A stretch of 64,000 nt of DNA from Takakia lepidozioides (lineage: Eukaryota > Plantae > Bryophyta), in the NCBI GenBank assembly GCA_030704615.1, contig CM060733.1, forward strand, positions 57,350,001 to 57,414,000. The letters are read 5' to 3'. Below the pieces are notes generated by a model. The model saw only the letters and a list, made by a program, of their open reading frames with translations, had not been told where the DNA came from and searched no databases. Within the stretch, counting starts at the first letter, position 1. Every line of letters begins with the position of its first letter. Below are positions 35,113-47,338 of this stretch, piece after piece. A program made the translations under genes and the position numbers.

Positions 35113-36342
35113 CTATAATGGAGTCTGAGCAACCATGGTAGGCAACTCCACCATACCATACATGTCATCCTGCTCTCCCGGAGGTGGCACATCCTCTAAA
35201 TGAGCGTTGCCCTCAAGCAACTCTCCAGGCCAACTCACTGCCACTGTGAATGCTGCTAGTGTCGGCATCTTGCCTCGCTGGGCAACCGCAACTCCTCCTA
35301 TGAACGTCACAGGGAGCTGCACACGCCGGCCCTCCCCTGACTGCCATCTAGGCCTATAAGAAGCTGACTCCTCCCAAAAATCCAGGGTGAAGCCCATGGG
35401 GTACAACACTGCCCCACCAACAAGGACATCGTACGAGACCGCGTCTGTCACAATGGCCTTGGCTCTTATCACTGAGCCATCTGTAGGATGATCCAGCTGT
35501 AGTCTGATAGCCAACTCACGCCGTGTCATGCCCTGAGCCTGCTCTGATCCTCCTAGAGACGTCTGTATCTGGAAAGGACAAGGCTCCATATTCGCCTCCG
35601 TGAGGCCCAAGCCTGCAATAGCAGCTCTGCCCAGCATCAATGGTTGAGCTCCGGAGTCCAACAAGACCCGCAGTGGCCGGTACCTCTTGCCTGCCAATCC
35701 ACTCAAACAGAAAATGTCATCCTGGTTGTCCAACATGACAACTCCAGGTGTCACCATGGCGCGCTCAATGGCTGGCCTAGTTGGCAGCTCCATCAACCTG
35801 GCAGCTGCAGCTTGGCATGGCGCCGCCGTGGTAGTCTTGACCCTCAAATCCGAGGATCCCTCCGGCACTACACCTCCCACTATCTCCGCAGAAGATGAAG
35901 TAACCTCCCCACTATCACAGAGTGTAGCTACCAGCCTGAACACCTCAGCTGGTCTTACCCCTGGCGTCGCAATCATGGTAGCCAAGAACAATGGAGCCTG
36001 ACACATAGATGTGGCCGCTCCCAGCAGCACACTAGCTACCGTAGCCTTGGCAACACTAGGTAGTGGTGCTACCCGTGTAGCTCTCCCCAATGGCATAGTA
36101 ACCTCTGCCTCGGTAACAGTCGGGCGAGAACTAGGTGCTATGGATGGCGTCAACACTGTCTCCGCCAATGTGAGTGACTGAGGGAGCCTAGCCTGACGGC
36201 TTGCCTCCCCACGCTGTGGATCCAACTCCACCTCTGCACCTCGTGGCTCAGGAACTCGTGCTTCTCCTCGAGTAACGGCTGCAGCAGACTCCGCCTGCAG
36301 TAGTGGTAGTGCTGCTCCGCACATGAATCCCATGCCTCCCAT
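35113..36342 (-). pseudogene. Retroviral-type aspartic protease region of pol
   Basis: RVLLDSGAQPLML and SYDVLVGGAVL. Confidence 0.8.
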
Positions 36343-36399
36343 ATCTCATCCTTCAGGAGCAGGAGGTAGACCATCCGGCCTTGGAGCCGGTACCACCTG

Positions 36400-36775
36400 A
36401 GCTGTAGCCATGGCAACGAGCCTCTGTTCTAGCTGCTGAAGCCGGTTGGCCATGCCTTGGTCAACACCCTGACCTCCGCATCCTTGGCCATGTTGAGCTT
36501 GCCTTTGGCCTACACCTCATGCCTGGCCACCTCGTCCTTTCTGGGCTGCTCCACCTCGCCCCCGGCCACCATTGTTCCCTTGGAACTGGCCTGGGCGCAA
36601 CTCAGGGTGCAAACCATAACACTGGGCCTCTCCATGCCCGCGCTTGCCACAATGCCCACACTGCAATTGTGCAGGTTGTGCATGTGCCGGCCCTTTGCCT
36701 CCCTCTGGGCAATCCTTCTTGATATGGGGTCCTCCACATGTCCAACACACCACATCCGCCCGTTGTTGGCCAGCA
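36400..36775 (-). pseudogene. gag nucleocapsid with two zinc knuckles, 5' truncated
   Basis: CWTCGGPHIKKDC and CGHCGKRGHGEAQC. Confidence 0.8.
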
Positions 36776-37674
36776 CAGCTTCATCAAGCTATATCTCTAG
36801 CATACATCTTGGAGAATGTGCCACTGATGGGCGATTCTCGGGCCAGGGTGATGGCCAGTGTGCATCAAGTCCGGTTGTGGCTTGGGTCAGCAGTGTTGCT
36901 AGATGCAGCTACAGTGGGGTCACGGGCTCATCGTCCACGGCTATGGTGGACTAACTTGATGCCACCCGCACTGCTCAAGCATGTATTTGATGGGGTGCAG
37001 CGGCAAACACATCTCACAGTGGATAGCATTCTGGACACAGGGAGGCAGTCTCAGCGTGTGAGACACGATGACCGTTCGCCTTTGGCAGTGGTCAACAAGG
37101 TGGGTCAACCACGAGCAGCATTACCTACACTACTCAGCTTCCCAGGATCGCATGCTTTCCGGGATAGTGGACCTGGCCTCCTGTGGGATGCTTAGTTGCA
37201 GCAGTTATTGGAGCCTAATGCTGACGAGCGTGAGCGGGCAATGGGTTTTACCACTGGTACCACGGCGGTGTCGTCTCTTTTTGAGGCATCACGTCGTCAG
37301 GTGTTGGGGCAAGCAATGGATCTCAATTGCTTGACCTGGATTATCAGCTTGGCTATGGCTGAGCAACGCAGAGTGCGGAGTACACTTCCCTCGATGGTCT
37401 CTCTGCCTACCGAGACGGTACAGGTAGTGAATGGGGGCGAGCCGGTGAGGACCACAGGGTGTAGACATCCATGGCACACGTGGGAGGTGCTCGAGGTTCA
37501 GAGGGAGTTGGCAGCCAAGGCCGCTGTGATGGATGAGGTTGGGGATTCTTCTCGGGTTGAGGAGGTCCTCAAGGATGAGATGATGGGGCAGGATGAGGCC
37601 TTGTCATTGACTGAGCAGGCAGGGAGTACTGCTCAAGAGGTTGCGGCATAGCAACCACGGGACGCGTCCTCTAC
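36773..37674 (+). pseudogene. Inverted, diverged second copy of the C-terminal half of the methyltransferase
   Basis: YILENVPLMGDSRARV...LGQAMDLNCL...AQEVAA* parallels 33697-34575 in reverse with many substitutions. There is an internal stop near 37193. Confidence 0.92.
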
Positions 37675-40600
37675 CAAATGTGGTCAGGCTTCACCCCTTC
37701 CCCCATCATTTGATCATAGGTCTCCAGAGCCTTCATACCACATCCTTGTTGTGCACACCCTGCAAGCATCGTCTTCCATGACACCACATCTCGTTCAGCC
37801 ATAGTGTTGAAAACTCCCTTCGCATCCTTAATGCACCCACATTTGGCATACATGTCCACCAAGGCAGTGTTCAGAATGACATCTGGTCCAATTCCAGCTT
37901 TAACGATGTCACCATGGACCTCTTTCCCATTTTCCAGAGCTCCCAGGCTTGCAAATGCATTGCAAACACAAACAAATGTGATGTGGTTTCGTGGAGGGTG
38001 ATGATTGCAGGATATGCACAGCAAGGGCGCAGGATGGAGGCTTCGGAGACCTATGAGCAAATGATGGGGGAAGGGATGAAGCCCAACCGCATAACGTTTG
38101 TTTGCATTTGCAATGCGTGTGCAAGCCTGGCAGCCCTGGAAAGGGGCAAAGAGGTCCATGGTGACATAGTCGAAGCTGGATTTATACCAGATGTCATCCT
38201 GAACACTGCCCTGCTGGACATGTATGTCAAATGTGAGTGCATCGAGGATGTAAAGAGAGTGTTCGACAGTATGGCTGAACGAGATTTGGTGTCGTGGAGT
38301 GCGATGATTGCAGGATATGCACAATAGGGGCGCGGGATGGAGGCTTTGGAGACCTATGAGCAATGATGGGGGAAGGGATGAAGCCCGACCACATCACGTT
38401 TGTGTGCGTTTGTAGTGCGTGTGCAAGCCTGGCAGCCCTGGAAAAGGGCAAAGAGGTGCATGGTTGCATCGACAAAGCTGGAATTGTACCAGATGTGATT
38501 CTGGACAATACCCTTGTGGACATGTATGCCAAATGTGGGAGCATTGAGGATGCGGAGGGAGTGTTTAACAATATGGCCGAACGAGATTTGGTGTCATGGA
38601 ACGCCATGCTTGCAGGATAGGCACAGCAGGGGCGTGGGATGGAGGACTTGGAGACCTATGAACAAATGATGGGGGAAGAGGTGCATTGAGGATGCAAAGG
38701 TCAGAGGGGTTAATTAGAAAGGAGCCAGGTCGCTGCTGCATTGAGGTTGGCAACAGGGTGCACACCTTTGTTGTAGATGACAAGTTGATCTTCTTGAACG
38801 GCAGTAGGGGTTTCACACGCCGATCGCAGATGGGCAGGAGCTCGCACGATGGTGGGACAACCGCAATCGCAAGGTGTGGCTTTTCTTAATGTACGATGTG
38901 AAGATGTTTGTCCATCCTGCAAATGTGTGCTCTGCAGGATATGCCGAGCATGGGTGTGGGTTGGAGGCTTTGGATATCTATGTGAAAATGATGCAAGAGG
39001 GGGTGAAGCCCGACCAGGTCACTTTCATTTGTGTTCTCAAGGCATGTGTGAGCCTGGCAGCCCTGGAAAGGGCAGAGAGGTCCAGGCTGCCATTGAAAGC
39101 TGGAATCATGCCAACTATCGTTCTGGACACTACTCGTCAGCTTGGTCTTAGCAGGCCGTGTTTCAATTGGTTGAGTGAATCTTTGATAGTTAGGAGTGAC
39201 TTTGACATGATACTGCCAATGTGACGACATGAAAGTATCCGGAAACAGGTAACAGAGACGAGGAGAAGCTGTGGAATTTTTAGTTTTCTGACCCCAGTCA
39301 ATGGTGGGATCACAACTGGGGCAAAAAGGTGAATGCCTGTTGGATTACAGAGAGTAGCAGATGCAATTGACCAACTCCCATCTTTTGGTGAATGGCCAAC
39401 CAACACTGCCCACTATCATAACAAATGAGTAGGAGTATCCCAGTCATGCAGGCTAAGTCCGCCGTTGAGTTGCATCAAATGATTGTATATACTCAGTCAT
39501 GAACCCCATGGCCTCATCAGGTGTGGACACTCAAAACACCCAGCTGTTTGGCAAGCTAGTGCACTGCCCTCATAACCATATGTAGATAATTTACTCGTAA
39601 GATGTTGTTTGTTGTAGACTTGTGGCCATAGACCCCACACCGACTTTGGGCAGAATTAAAGGGAACAGACAGTTCTTTTGTAAGGGGCTCACTCTGGTAG
39701 TGAGGTTCACCATGGTATATACAATTAGCTCTAGAGAGCCCTTCACACTGCATCAACTTGATGTTGGTGACTAGCTACATGGCAATTAGACCACAACACA
39801 ACCACGGCTTCAGGCTCAGCCTGAAAAATTTCAAAGTTGATGAACAGAGGTGCAAGGACAATGTTCTTGATGTTCCTGAAAAGAGTCACTTTCTGGTGAG
39901 AATATCCCGGATAGTGTAACAGAAAATGAATACTGTCCTCAGGCGCCTGCACATCGGGCAATTACAAGTTCATTTTCCTATCTGCATTTGAATATTGTTG
40001 AAAGGCACCCTTGTCAACATGTATGTTAAGTGCGGGAGCATCATGGATGCTCACCAAGTGTCAACAAAATGCCTCAACGATCTTTGATCACGTGATAATG
40101 TTGGCAGGATTTACCAAGCATGGGTGTGGTAGGAATGCCACGTTTGTGTGCATTTTCGATGCGTGTACAAGCCTGGCAGCTCTGGAAAAGGGCGGAGAGG
40201 TCCATGGCGACATTGTTAGAGCTGCAATTGTACCAAGTGTCACTCTGAACAATACCCTCGTGGACATGTATGAAGGGAGTGTTCGACAGTATGGCTGAAC
40301 GAGATGTGGTGTCTTGGCTTTACTTCTTGTTACTATCATTGTACTTACTTCTGGTACAACACATGGCCTAATGCTTGCAGGGTATGCACAACAGGGGTGC
40401 GGGATGGAGGCTTTGGAGACCTATGAGCAAATGATGGGGGAAGAGGTGAAGCTTGACCACATCACGTTTGTGTGCATTTGCGATGCGTGTGCAAGCCTGG
40501 TAGCCCTGGAAAAGGTCAAAGAGGTGCATGCTTGCATCACCAAAGCTGGAATTGTACCAGATGTGATTCTGAACAATACCCTCGTGGACATGTATGCCAA

Positions 40601-41175
40601 TTGTGGGAGCGTTGAGGATGCGGAGGGAGTGTTCAACACTATGGCTGAACAAGATGTGGTGTTGTGGAACGGGATGCTTGCAAGATGTGCACAGCAGGGG
40701 CGCGGGATGGAGGCTTTGGAGACCTATGAGCAAATGATGGGGGAAGGGGTGAAGCCTGACCACATAACGTTTGTGTGCATTTGCAGTGCGTGTGCAAGCC
40801 TGGCAGCCCTGGAAAAGGGCATAGATGTGCATAGTTGCATCGTCAAAGCTGGAAATGTACCAGATGTGATTCTGAACAATACCCTTGCGGACATGTATGC
40901 CAAATGTGGAGGGAGTGTTCAACAATATGGCTGAACAAGATTTGGTGTCGAACGCGATGCTTGCAGGATATGCACAGCGGGGCGCGGGATGGACGCCTTG
41001 GAGACCTATGAGCAAATGATGGGGGAAGGGGTGAAGCGCAACAACATCACGTATTTCAGCTTGTTTTGCCCTCTCATCAGACTCGGCCCTGACAAGTTAC
41101 TGCTGATGTGGCAGCAGGAAAGTATCCAAAAACAGCTAACAGAGATGAGGAGAAGCTTTGGAATGAATACTTTTT
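37675..41175 (+). pseudogene. Mosaic of PPR/PG-box/PDF fragments; 37675-~37985 is inverted
   Basis: PPR-type ORFs 37914..38327, 38363..38620 and 40314..40934; KEPGRCCIEVGNRVHTF at ~38720; WWDNRNRK|GT at ~38850; exon C copies at ~39240 and ~41120. Confidence 0.9.
39590..39960 (-). mobile_element. 5'-truncated LINE 3' end
   Basis: PEDSIHFLLHYPGYSHQK..AEPEAVVVL; same family as 47805-48200. Confidence 0.7.
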
Positions 41176-44100
41176 TAATCTTGAAAACTTCTGGTTTAGA
41201 ATAGACACAATTTGGACCAGGAGAATTTTTATCCAAGACGTTACAACCACTATAGATAGACAAGTTGAGCATCACCAACATCATTGAGCGATGGCTGTAA
41301 ATCTGTCTGCCATCTGAGCTCAACCTGGTTGTTTACAGCTTCATTTAAATCTTGGTTTTTTCTGTAATGTGCTGTAGGATACAACTATAGCTCACCAATG
41401 CTTTTGGATGTCTGACAAGAAGCAGACACTCTACTAATATGGGAGGACTTTATAAGAAACAGCTCCAGTTACTTAATTTCTGAGGTACAGCCTGTGGCAT
41501 GTTAACGGTAGATCTGAACGCAAGGAAGGTGAATGCCAGAAACCTTAAGGAAGTGTGGGATGGTGGACCGGGAGGTTTTGAGCAGATCATTATTAAACAT
41601 GAACTCGCCCTCAACATCGTAACTGAGCCGGGATGCATTTAACAAGTCTTGCTTAATCTTGCCAGGAGTTTTTGACCAGAAATTGCTTAAATCACTGCAG
41701 AAAATACGGATTAAATTAAAACCGAAGTTTGGTAAAGATAATTATCTTTTATCAAGATGATCATGACAATAAAATTAAATGATGAGAGACAAATGATGAT
41801 CTAGGAAAAAGATATAAACAACCGACTTTTGATCCAAACGAAACATACGTTAAACGATGGGCAAAATACAGAGAAAGGGGTTCAACTCCCCTTCACTTCT
41901 TGGGCATAGATAGGTAGCTGCATCAAACACTGAAATAGGGAGACGTGACATGGTAGCTTTGGCAACACTCCTCCATTCTTTCTTGCGCAAAACAATGAAA
42001 CATGGCATGTGTGTATATAACATCATGTGGATGACCCCGCCCTTTTTGTGAAAATTGATGCTAGTTCTCAGAAGTTGTTGCTAGTAGTGCGGAGCAACGC
42101 GAAGCCCTACTGAATTAAAATAAAATAAAATAATGATCCATGTTCATTGTTTTGAATGCGATGTGAGTCGAACCCTCGACCACCCTAGGGAGGATGGATG
42201 TTCTGTATCATCCGAAAGATGGAATAGATGGATGAAAGGAGAGGGGTATGTGGACGAAGGGAAGGTACGTGGCAGAGCTGCAGCCGTCACAGCGCCCGCT
42301 TCGACTGGAGACTGGATACGCGACCCGGTCGACTACCGGCTGGCAGGTGAGGGAAACAGGCTGGCGCCCTGATGCAGGGCCGGGCTACCGGTTGTAGCCG
42401 GCGCGACATACCCCTGCCACCAGTCCAGACTCCGTAGAAAGGTATTTTTTGGGCCCGCGTGATTTATCCCATATCGATAGCCGCCAAAGTGCCCCGCCTT
42501 TTGGACTATATAATACGCGGCATGGCCTGCCCTCCGTTGGATGGCACGCTGATGGAGCCCACCCTATCGGCGACCTTGTCGATCTGTGAAGCTGGCGATG
42601 GCGGTAAAGGAAGAGTCTGGCTGCTGGCGAGACATGCGAGGCGATTGCATCTGGAGATGGAGCGAGTGATTAGCAGGGCTGGATCGTGGCAGCGGCGTTG
42701 TGGTGGTCGGTGGGGTGTGGGAGATGGGGAGATCTGAGATGAATCTCAGGTTGTTGAGGAGCTTATGCTGTCGACGTTGTTTTATAGGGCACTGTTGATG
42801 CTCTTCTACTTTCTAACGTGGCCGTGTCGGGGCAATGTCGTTCAATTCAATCCATGCAGGAGCTTGCTTACAAGCTATTGTCGGGGTCACCGACAAATGG
42901 GACCAATTGGCAATGCCTGCCCTGCTGGGCGGGTCGGGCAACAAAATAGCAATGATGCAGATGGCCAGATCTAGAGTGAGCTTGATTCGACAAAGTTAAC
43001 CAGTGGTCAGGTGAAATTGAGTACTTCTGATCTATCACAAGACCGTGGGCTTTTTAGTTGCATCAGTTGCACCTACTGTACATACGGCATTAATGCGGAA
43101 TCACGTGGGCTCACACTGAGCTGATCCAAATGGCCCGATGATGCTTTGCAAGTGTCTGTCTTCATCGCGCCAGCAGTGAGTAGACCATTGTGTTTTCGAA
43201 GACCCGAGAATCAGACCGTCGTGGACCTTTTAACGTCACTATCTTGTCAGTGTCAAATCACAATCCATGGAGCACCCACCACATCCAAAGAACAAATCGA
43301 TGCCTCTAAGGTTTCCTAAATCCCATGATCAGGTTTCAAGCATCCAATGTCCAGTTAGTAATTCAGTTACATATCTGTAGTCAGTTAGAAAGAAAACGAT
43401 TAGTCCACTGCATTCAAGTATGACATGTACACCTTACCAGATCAATCGCTGGATTTAACTTCTTACATCGTACCTCTGGAAACTGCAATAATTTGCATAT
43501 TCTGTAAGTATGTTCAGGATCAACTTTAAAACTGATCCAGGCACTATGTAGCTCAATGGGGAGCTCAATGGGGAGGGATTGTATGAAGTTAAGACTTTCA
43601 ACGACCCAAAAGGCCCACGCGCAACATGACGCCTGTACTTTTCACGGGTAGCCAATCCCTGGAAATGGTCGGCCTGTGGGCCCAAGTTGGTTGTGCGGGG
43701 GGTCGTATCTCTGCATGCACCCTCTCTCTCCCCGGAGACAATATAAGACTTGTAGCTCCCTTATTCTCAGCATCTCAAGTGGCGAGCTACGCTCGAGCTA
43801 CAGACCGCTGTAGCTTTTTCGGACAATCTTTTGACTTGCGGCTCTATCCCTTGAAGGCTCAGGTTCTTCACTCCACCGACGTGTCTATCTCCTGGAGCCT
43901 GGCACCTGATCGCATCATCACTCACCCGCGTGTCGTCCCCGTATTATCATTTTGTTCGACCCATGTGTGATTTGTGGACCGTTTAATTGAGTCATCCAGT
44001 GTTCTATTATACTGCTCAGCAGCATTTAGTTGGCCTTGTCCGAATCTTATGATCTAGAGAGTCAGGGATCACCCACTGTGCTCTCTCTTGAGAGCTGCTG

Positions 44101-47100
44101 TCGCTTCATACCTTTGCTCAACATAGTTTCCTCTGCTTTTCGTGTCTATGGTTTCCACGAGAAAGTGGGTACATTATGCAATGTTGGACTACATCCGGAT
44201 GAGAGAGCCTGAAGCATGGCTTAAAAGATGGGTAGCAAATTGGAAGAACGGGTTGTCAATGGGAAACTTGACAAGTTCCCAAAGCTTCTCTAGGTTTGAT
44301 GTGTTTTAACTGCTGTACTAGATGTGTTTCTCCTGTCCGCAGCCTGTTGTTTATATCATCAAGTTACAGTTTTCAACTAGTACCACGAGTTGGTTTTACA
44401 TAACACTGTGGAGACGTGCTTCAGATGATCACCACTAACACTAGGCGACTATGAAGACGTTCATGTCACTGTGTAGACGTGTATTAATCCTCTGAGCTCT
44501 TTATATATCCAGACTGTATATTTTGAATACATGTAACTGCTGGCAGAGTCATGCATGCACGTTGGCACCGAGGAGGGAAAGCGCTGCAATGTCGTATGTC
44601 TGCATTTGCACCTGCACCATTCGACCTACTCAGCATACATTTTCTCTTGGAGAATCCCTCGAGGATAAGAACTCACACTTATCACACAAGCTGATATCGA
44701 CTTGCTGGTTTCATGCGTACGAGTTGGGGGTCCAACGTGGTGCAGGTGTAAGTGCAGACACATTGCATTGTAGCTGATTATCATGGTTTCCCTTCGGAAA
44801 TCTTGAACTTTGGTGGGTAGACGACATGTCTCCTTCACTTGTTCTGACAGTTCCGACTGCAGTCCGACAAATTTCCAGATGATGATCTCAATTTGTCCCA
44901 GTGAACGGCGGATGAAATAATATTGGTGTGTGCCTATACTCCCCTAGTATTAGTATTATAGCTGATTGAAATAGATCTTCGTTGCTTAATATATTTTGTC
45001 GACACATGATCTATGGGAAAAGGAGTCCATTATCTAGGTGTATATATAATTTTGCCCAGGGTATGTAATGTACTCTCAACACAATCAAGGGGGGTGGGCA
45101 ACTCTGGTTTCGCCCGGCATTTGAGTCTGAAAGTCTGGCTCAGTGCGAATTCTGGGTCAGCCCTCCAACGATTGGTCCAGGTTTGGATGAGCTAGTCTGT
45201 TGAAGTCTTTCAAGTTGGAAGCTTGCTGCATTATGACTTGGGTAAGTGTTTCCGAGCTCCATAACCAGTGCAGCGCCTACAACTAGTCTGATCTAATGAC
45301 TGCCTCTGATTGAAGAGCTGAAGTCGGAACACTAAAGGTGGGAGTAGTACAGCTAGCTCTATTTTCTGATCGTTCACGTCGTATCTTTGCTGACTAGTTC
45401 CGAACCGGCTGAGATGAGGACTTAAGTTACATCGACGTGCTGGGACAGATGCTGCGAAGTGTTGAAGGGCCGCCATGAAATGGAAAGCTTGGGTTACAGT
45501 CTGGCATGTCGCCAACCGTGCATTGAACTTCCTCTAGACATGTACAGACCGTCTACAATTTCAAAGGAGTAGCAAGTTCAGTTTCGTCATTCTTCTATCC
45601 TTCTGTCGGTTCAGAACCTCTAGCTGGACAGTACCTTGTACATATTGATTGCTTTTGCAATGTAGACTCCAGATACATATGCAAACAGATTGTACATACA
45701 AAAGAGGATCCGGGAAAGAAATCTGCATTGGAGATAGAGACGCTACTTAGAGTACTGTGTGAACGAGCAGCTCTAGAGAAAAAGCAACATTGTGACTGCC
45801 CATACTTACCCCAACATATTAAGCTGCATTTCATTTATGAATCCACTACAGTGTTTACTGCTCAAGCTGTGATCACTCGGAGTTTACCACCCTTTCTTTA
45901 CTATTACTAGTATTACTATTTACTAGTATTGTTAAATACTAGTATCATAGTTATAATCATGTTTATTATTAATATTACTTTGCATTACTATTTATTAGTA
46001 TTATTAAATTTATTATTGCTTTGCATCTTTCAAAGATGCAAAGCAATAAAGGTGCAGTTGCATACATGAGGGTGCAGTTGTTTCCTGAGTATTTCTCCCA
46101 CATATTCACCTTCTGTGGTATGTAGGATGAACCCCTGAGGGCTCCTCTGTAGTACGATTTTGGGGGTTTGAAAAACATTCCATAGCTGAAAGCTTCAAAC
46201 ACACAATGTCCATCCAAACTTCTCCCATATCTTTTGCAAATTCCCCTTGTGAACACCCGTCCATGGAACAGACTTGTGGATCTTCTCTTATCACCGTCCC
46301 CTGCAACCCATAAGGACCCATTCTTCTTAATGACTGGAGCTGCACACAAGAGAGACTTTCGGCAAGGTTCTAAGGGCAGGCCACATACTTTCCCCAGAAA
46401 CTACTTCACCGGAAGCCAGACCTGTGGCTTTGTCCTGCGTTTTGACCATCCTCATCCCGTGAACTTGCCATCGGCGCTCTAAACCAACCACCCACCCTAA
46501 AACCTCACCTTGTTTGCATCCCAGAAACCCTCCGCTGTTGGCTTGCCCGGAAGAACCACCATCCCGATCCCCCGACCATCACCACCACCACAGCGACCTG
46601 ACCTTAGACTCAAGGAAAAACACTCAAGCCCATACAGACTGACACACCCCACACAAAACTGGACAAGTCATTGAAAACTGTCAAACTCAAGATATCACTG
46701 TTGTTTTGGTTTGACAGATTGGGTGAGGTTCATCTTCCTGGAAAAACCTGATGATATCTACCTGATCTAAATTCAGAAACCCTGATGGACTCAGTAGTAT
46801 AGAACAACCCTGGCCTCACATGTTATAGGGAAGAGAGCATAATTAAACAACTTGTTGGGAGAACCCTGCAACATGGCTGGAAAAAGTTGTGATGCTCCTG
46901 TGTCCACTCATATCGGATATTCAAACTAGGAATAGTGAAGAGGAGGAAAGACACAAGCAATGTCAACTGAGTGAATAGAGTAGTCAAAATATGGATCGAA
47001 AGATACCAAACAGATTGCCATTCAATCAGATTGACCTCCACGAAACTCATGAGTCACAAGCTGCTATAATGACAGCTAGTCACTAATCTCAAATGATCAC

Positions 47101-47338
47101 ATGTTCACAACCCTCTTTGACATTTGATGTCTTCCCCTTCTGGTCTGCTGTCTGTGAATTGCACTCCTCTGCTCAAACCAATATCAACAGTTCTTTCTAC
47201 ACGTACTACATAACCCACTCCCAACAAATAGCTGAGATCAAGAAATGAAGACTGTATGCAACCTGCAGGTAGGGGAAGCTCCAGTTATGTTAACAACAGG
47301 GTAGATCCCCCAGGGCATGACTTCGTGCCAGGCAGGCT

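Larger units (their letters stand above)
31364..36775 (-). mobile_element. Decayed Ty3/gypsy LTR retrotransposon: gag-protease-DNA methyltransferase-(RT/RH deleted)-integrase-PHD-PPT-3'LTR
   Basis: CCHC knuckles, LLDSGA protease, C5-MTase motifs, RNase H tail ADGLSRNP, and integrase HHCC plus catalytic core. Integrase follows RNase H, the gypsy order. Confidence 0.93.
29926..42111 (+). mobile_element. Non-autonomous Helentron/Helitron2-like element 2 with PPR cargo and nested gypsy and LINE inserts
   Basis: 5' end TTCTAGCGACGACCGAAGGTCGGAAGCTAG plus ~100 bp similar to 21074ff. 3' end GTTGTTGCTAG (CpG-decayed GTCGTCGCTAG) plus GTAGTGCGGAGCAACGCGAAGCCCTAC; the last ~150 bp resemble 29790-29921. 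Confidence 0.72.

Noticed and set aside
37671-38363. 230-aa minus-strand ORF and other antisense ORFs over PPR repeats
   Set aside because: These are shadow frames; this one arises from the inversion junction joining antisense and sense PPR sequence.
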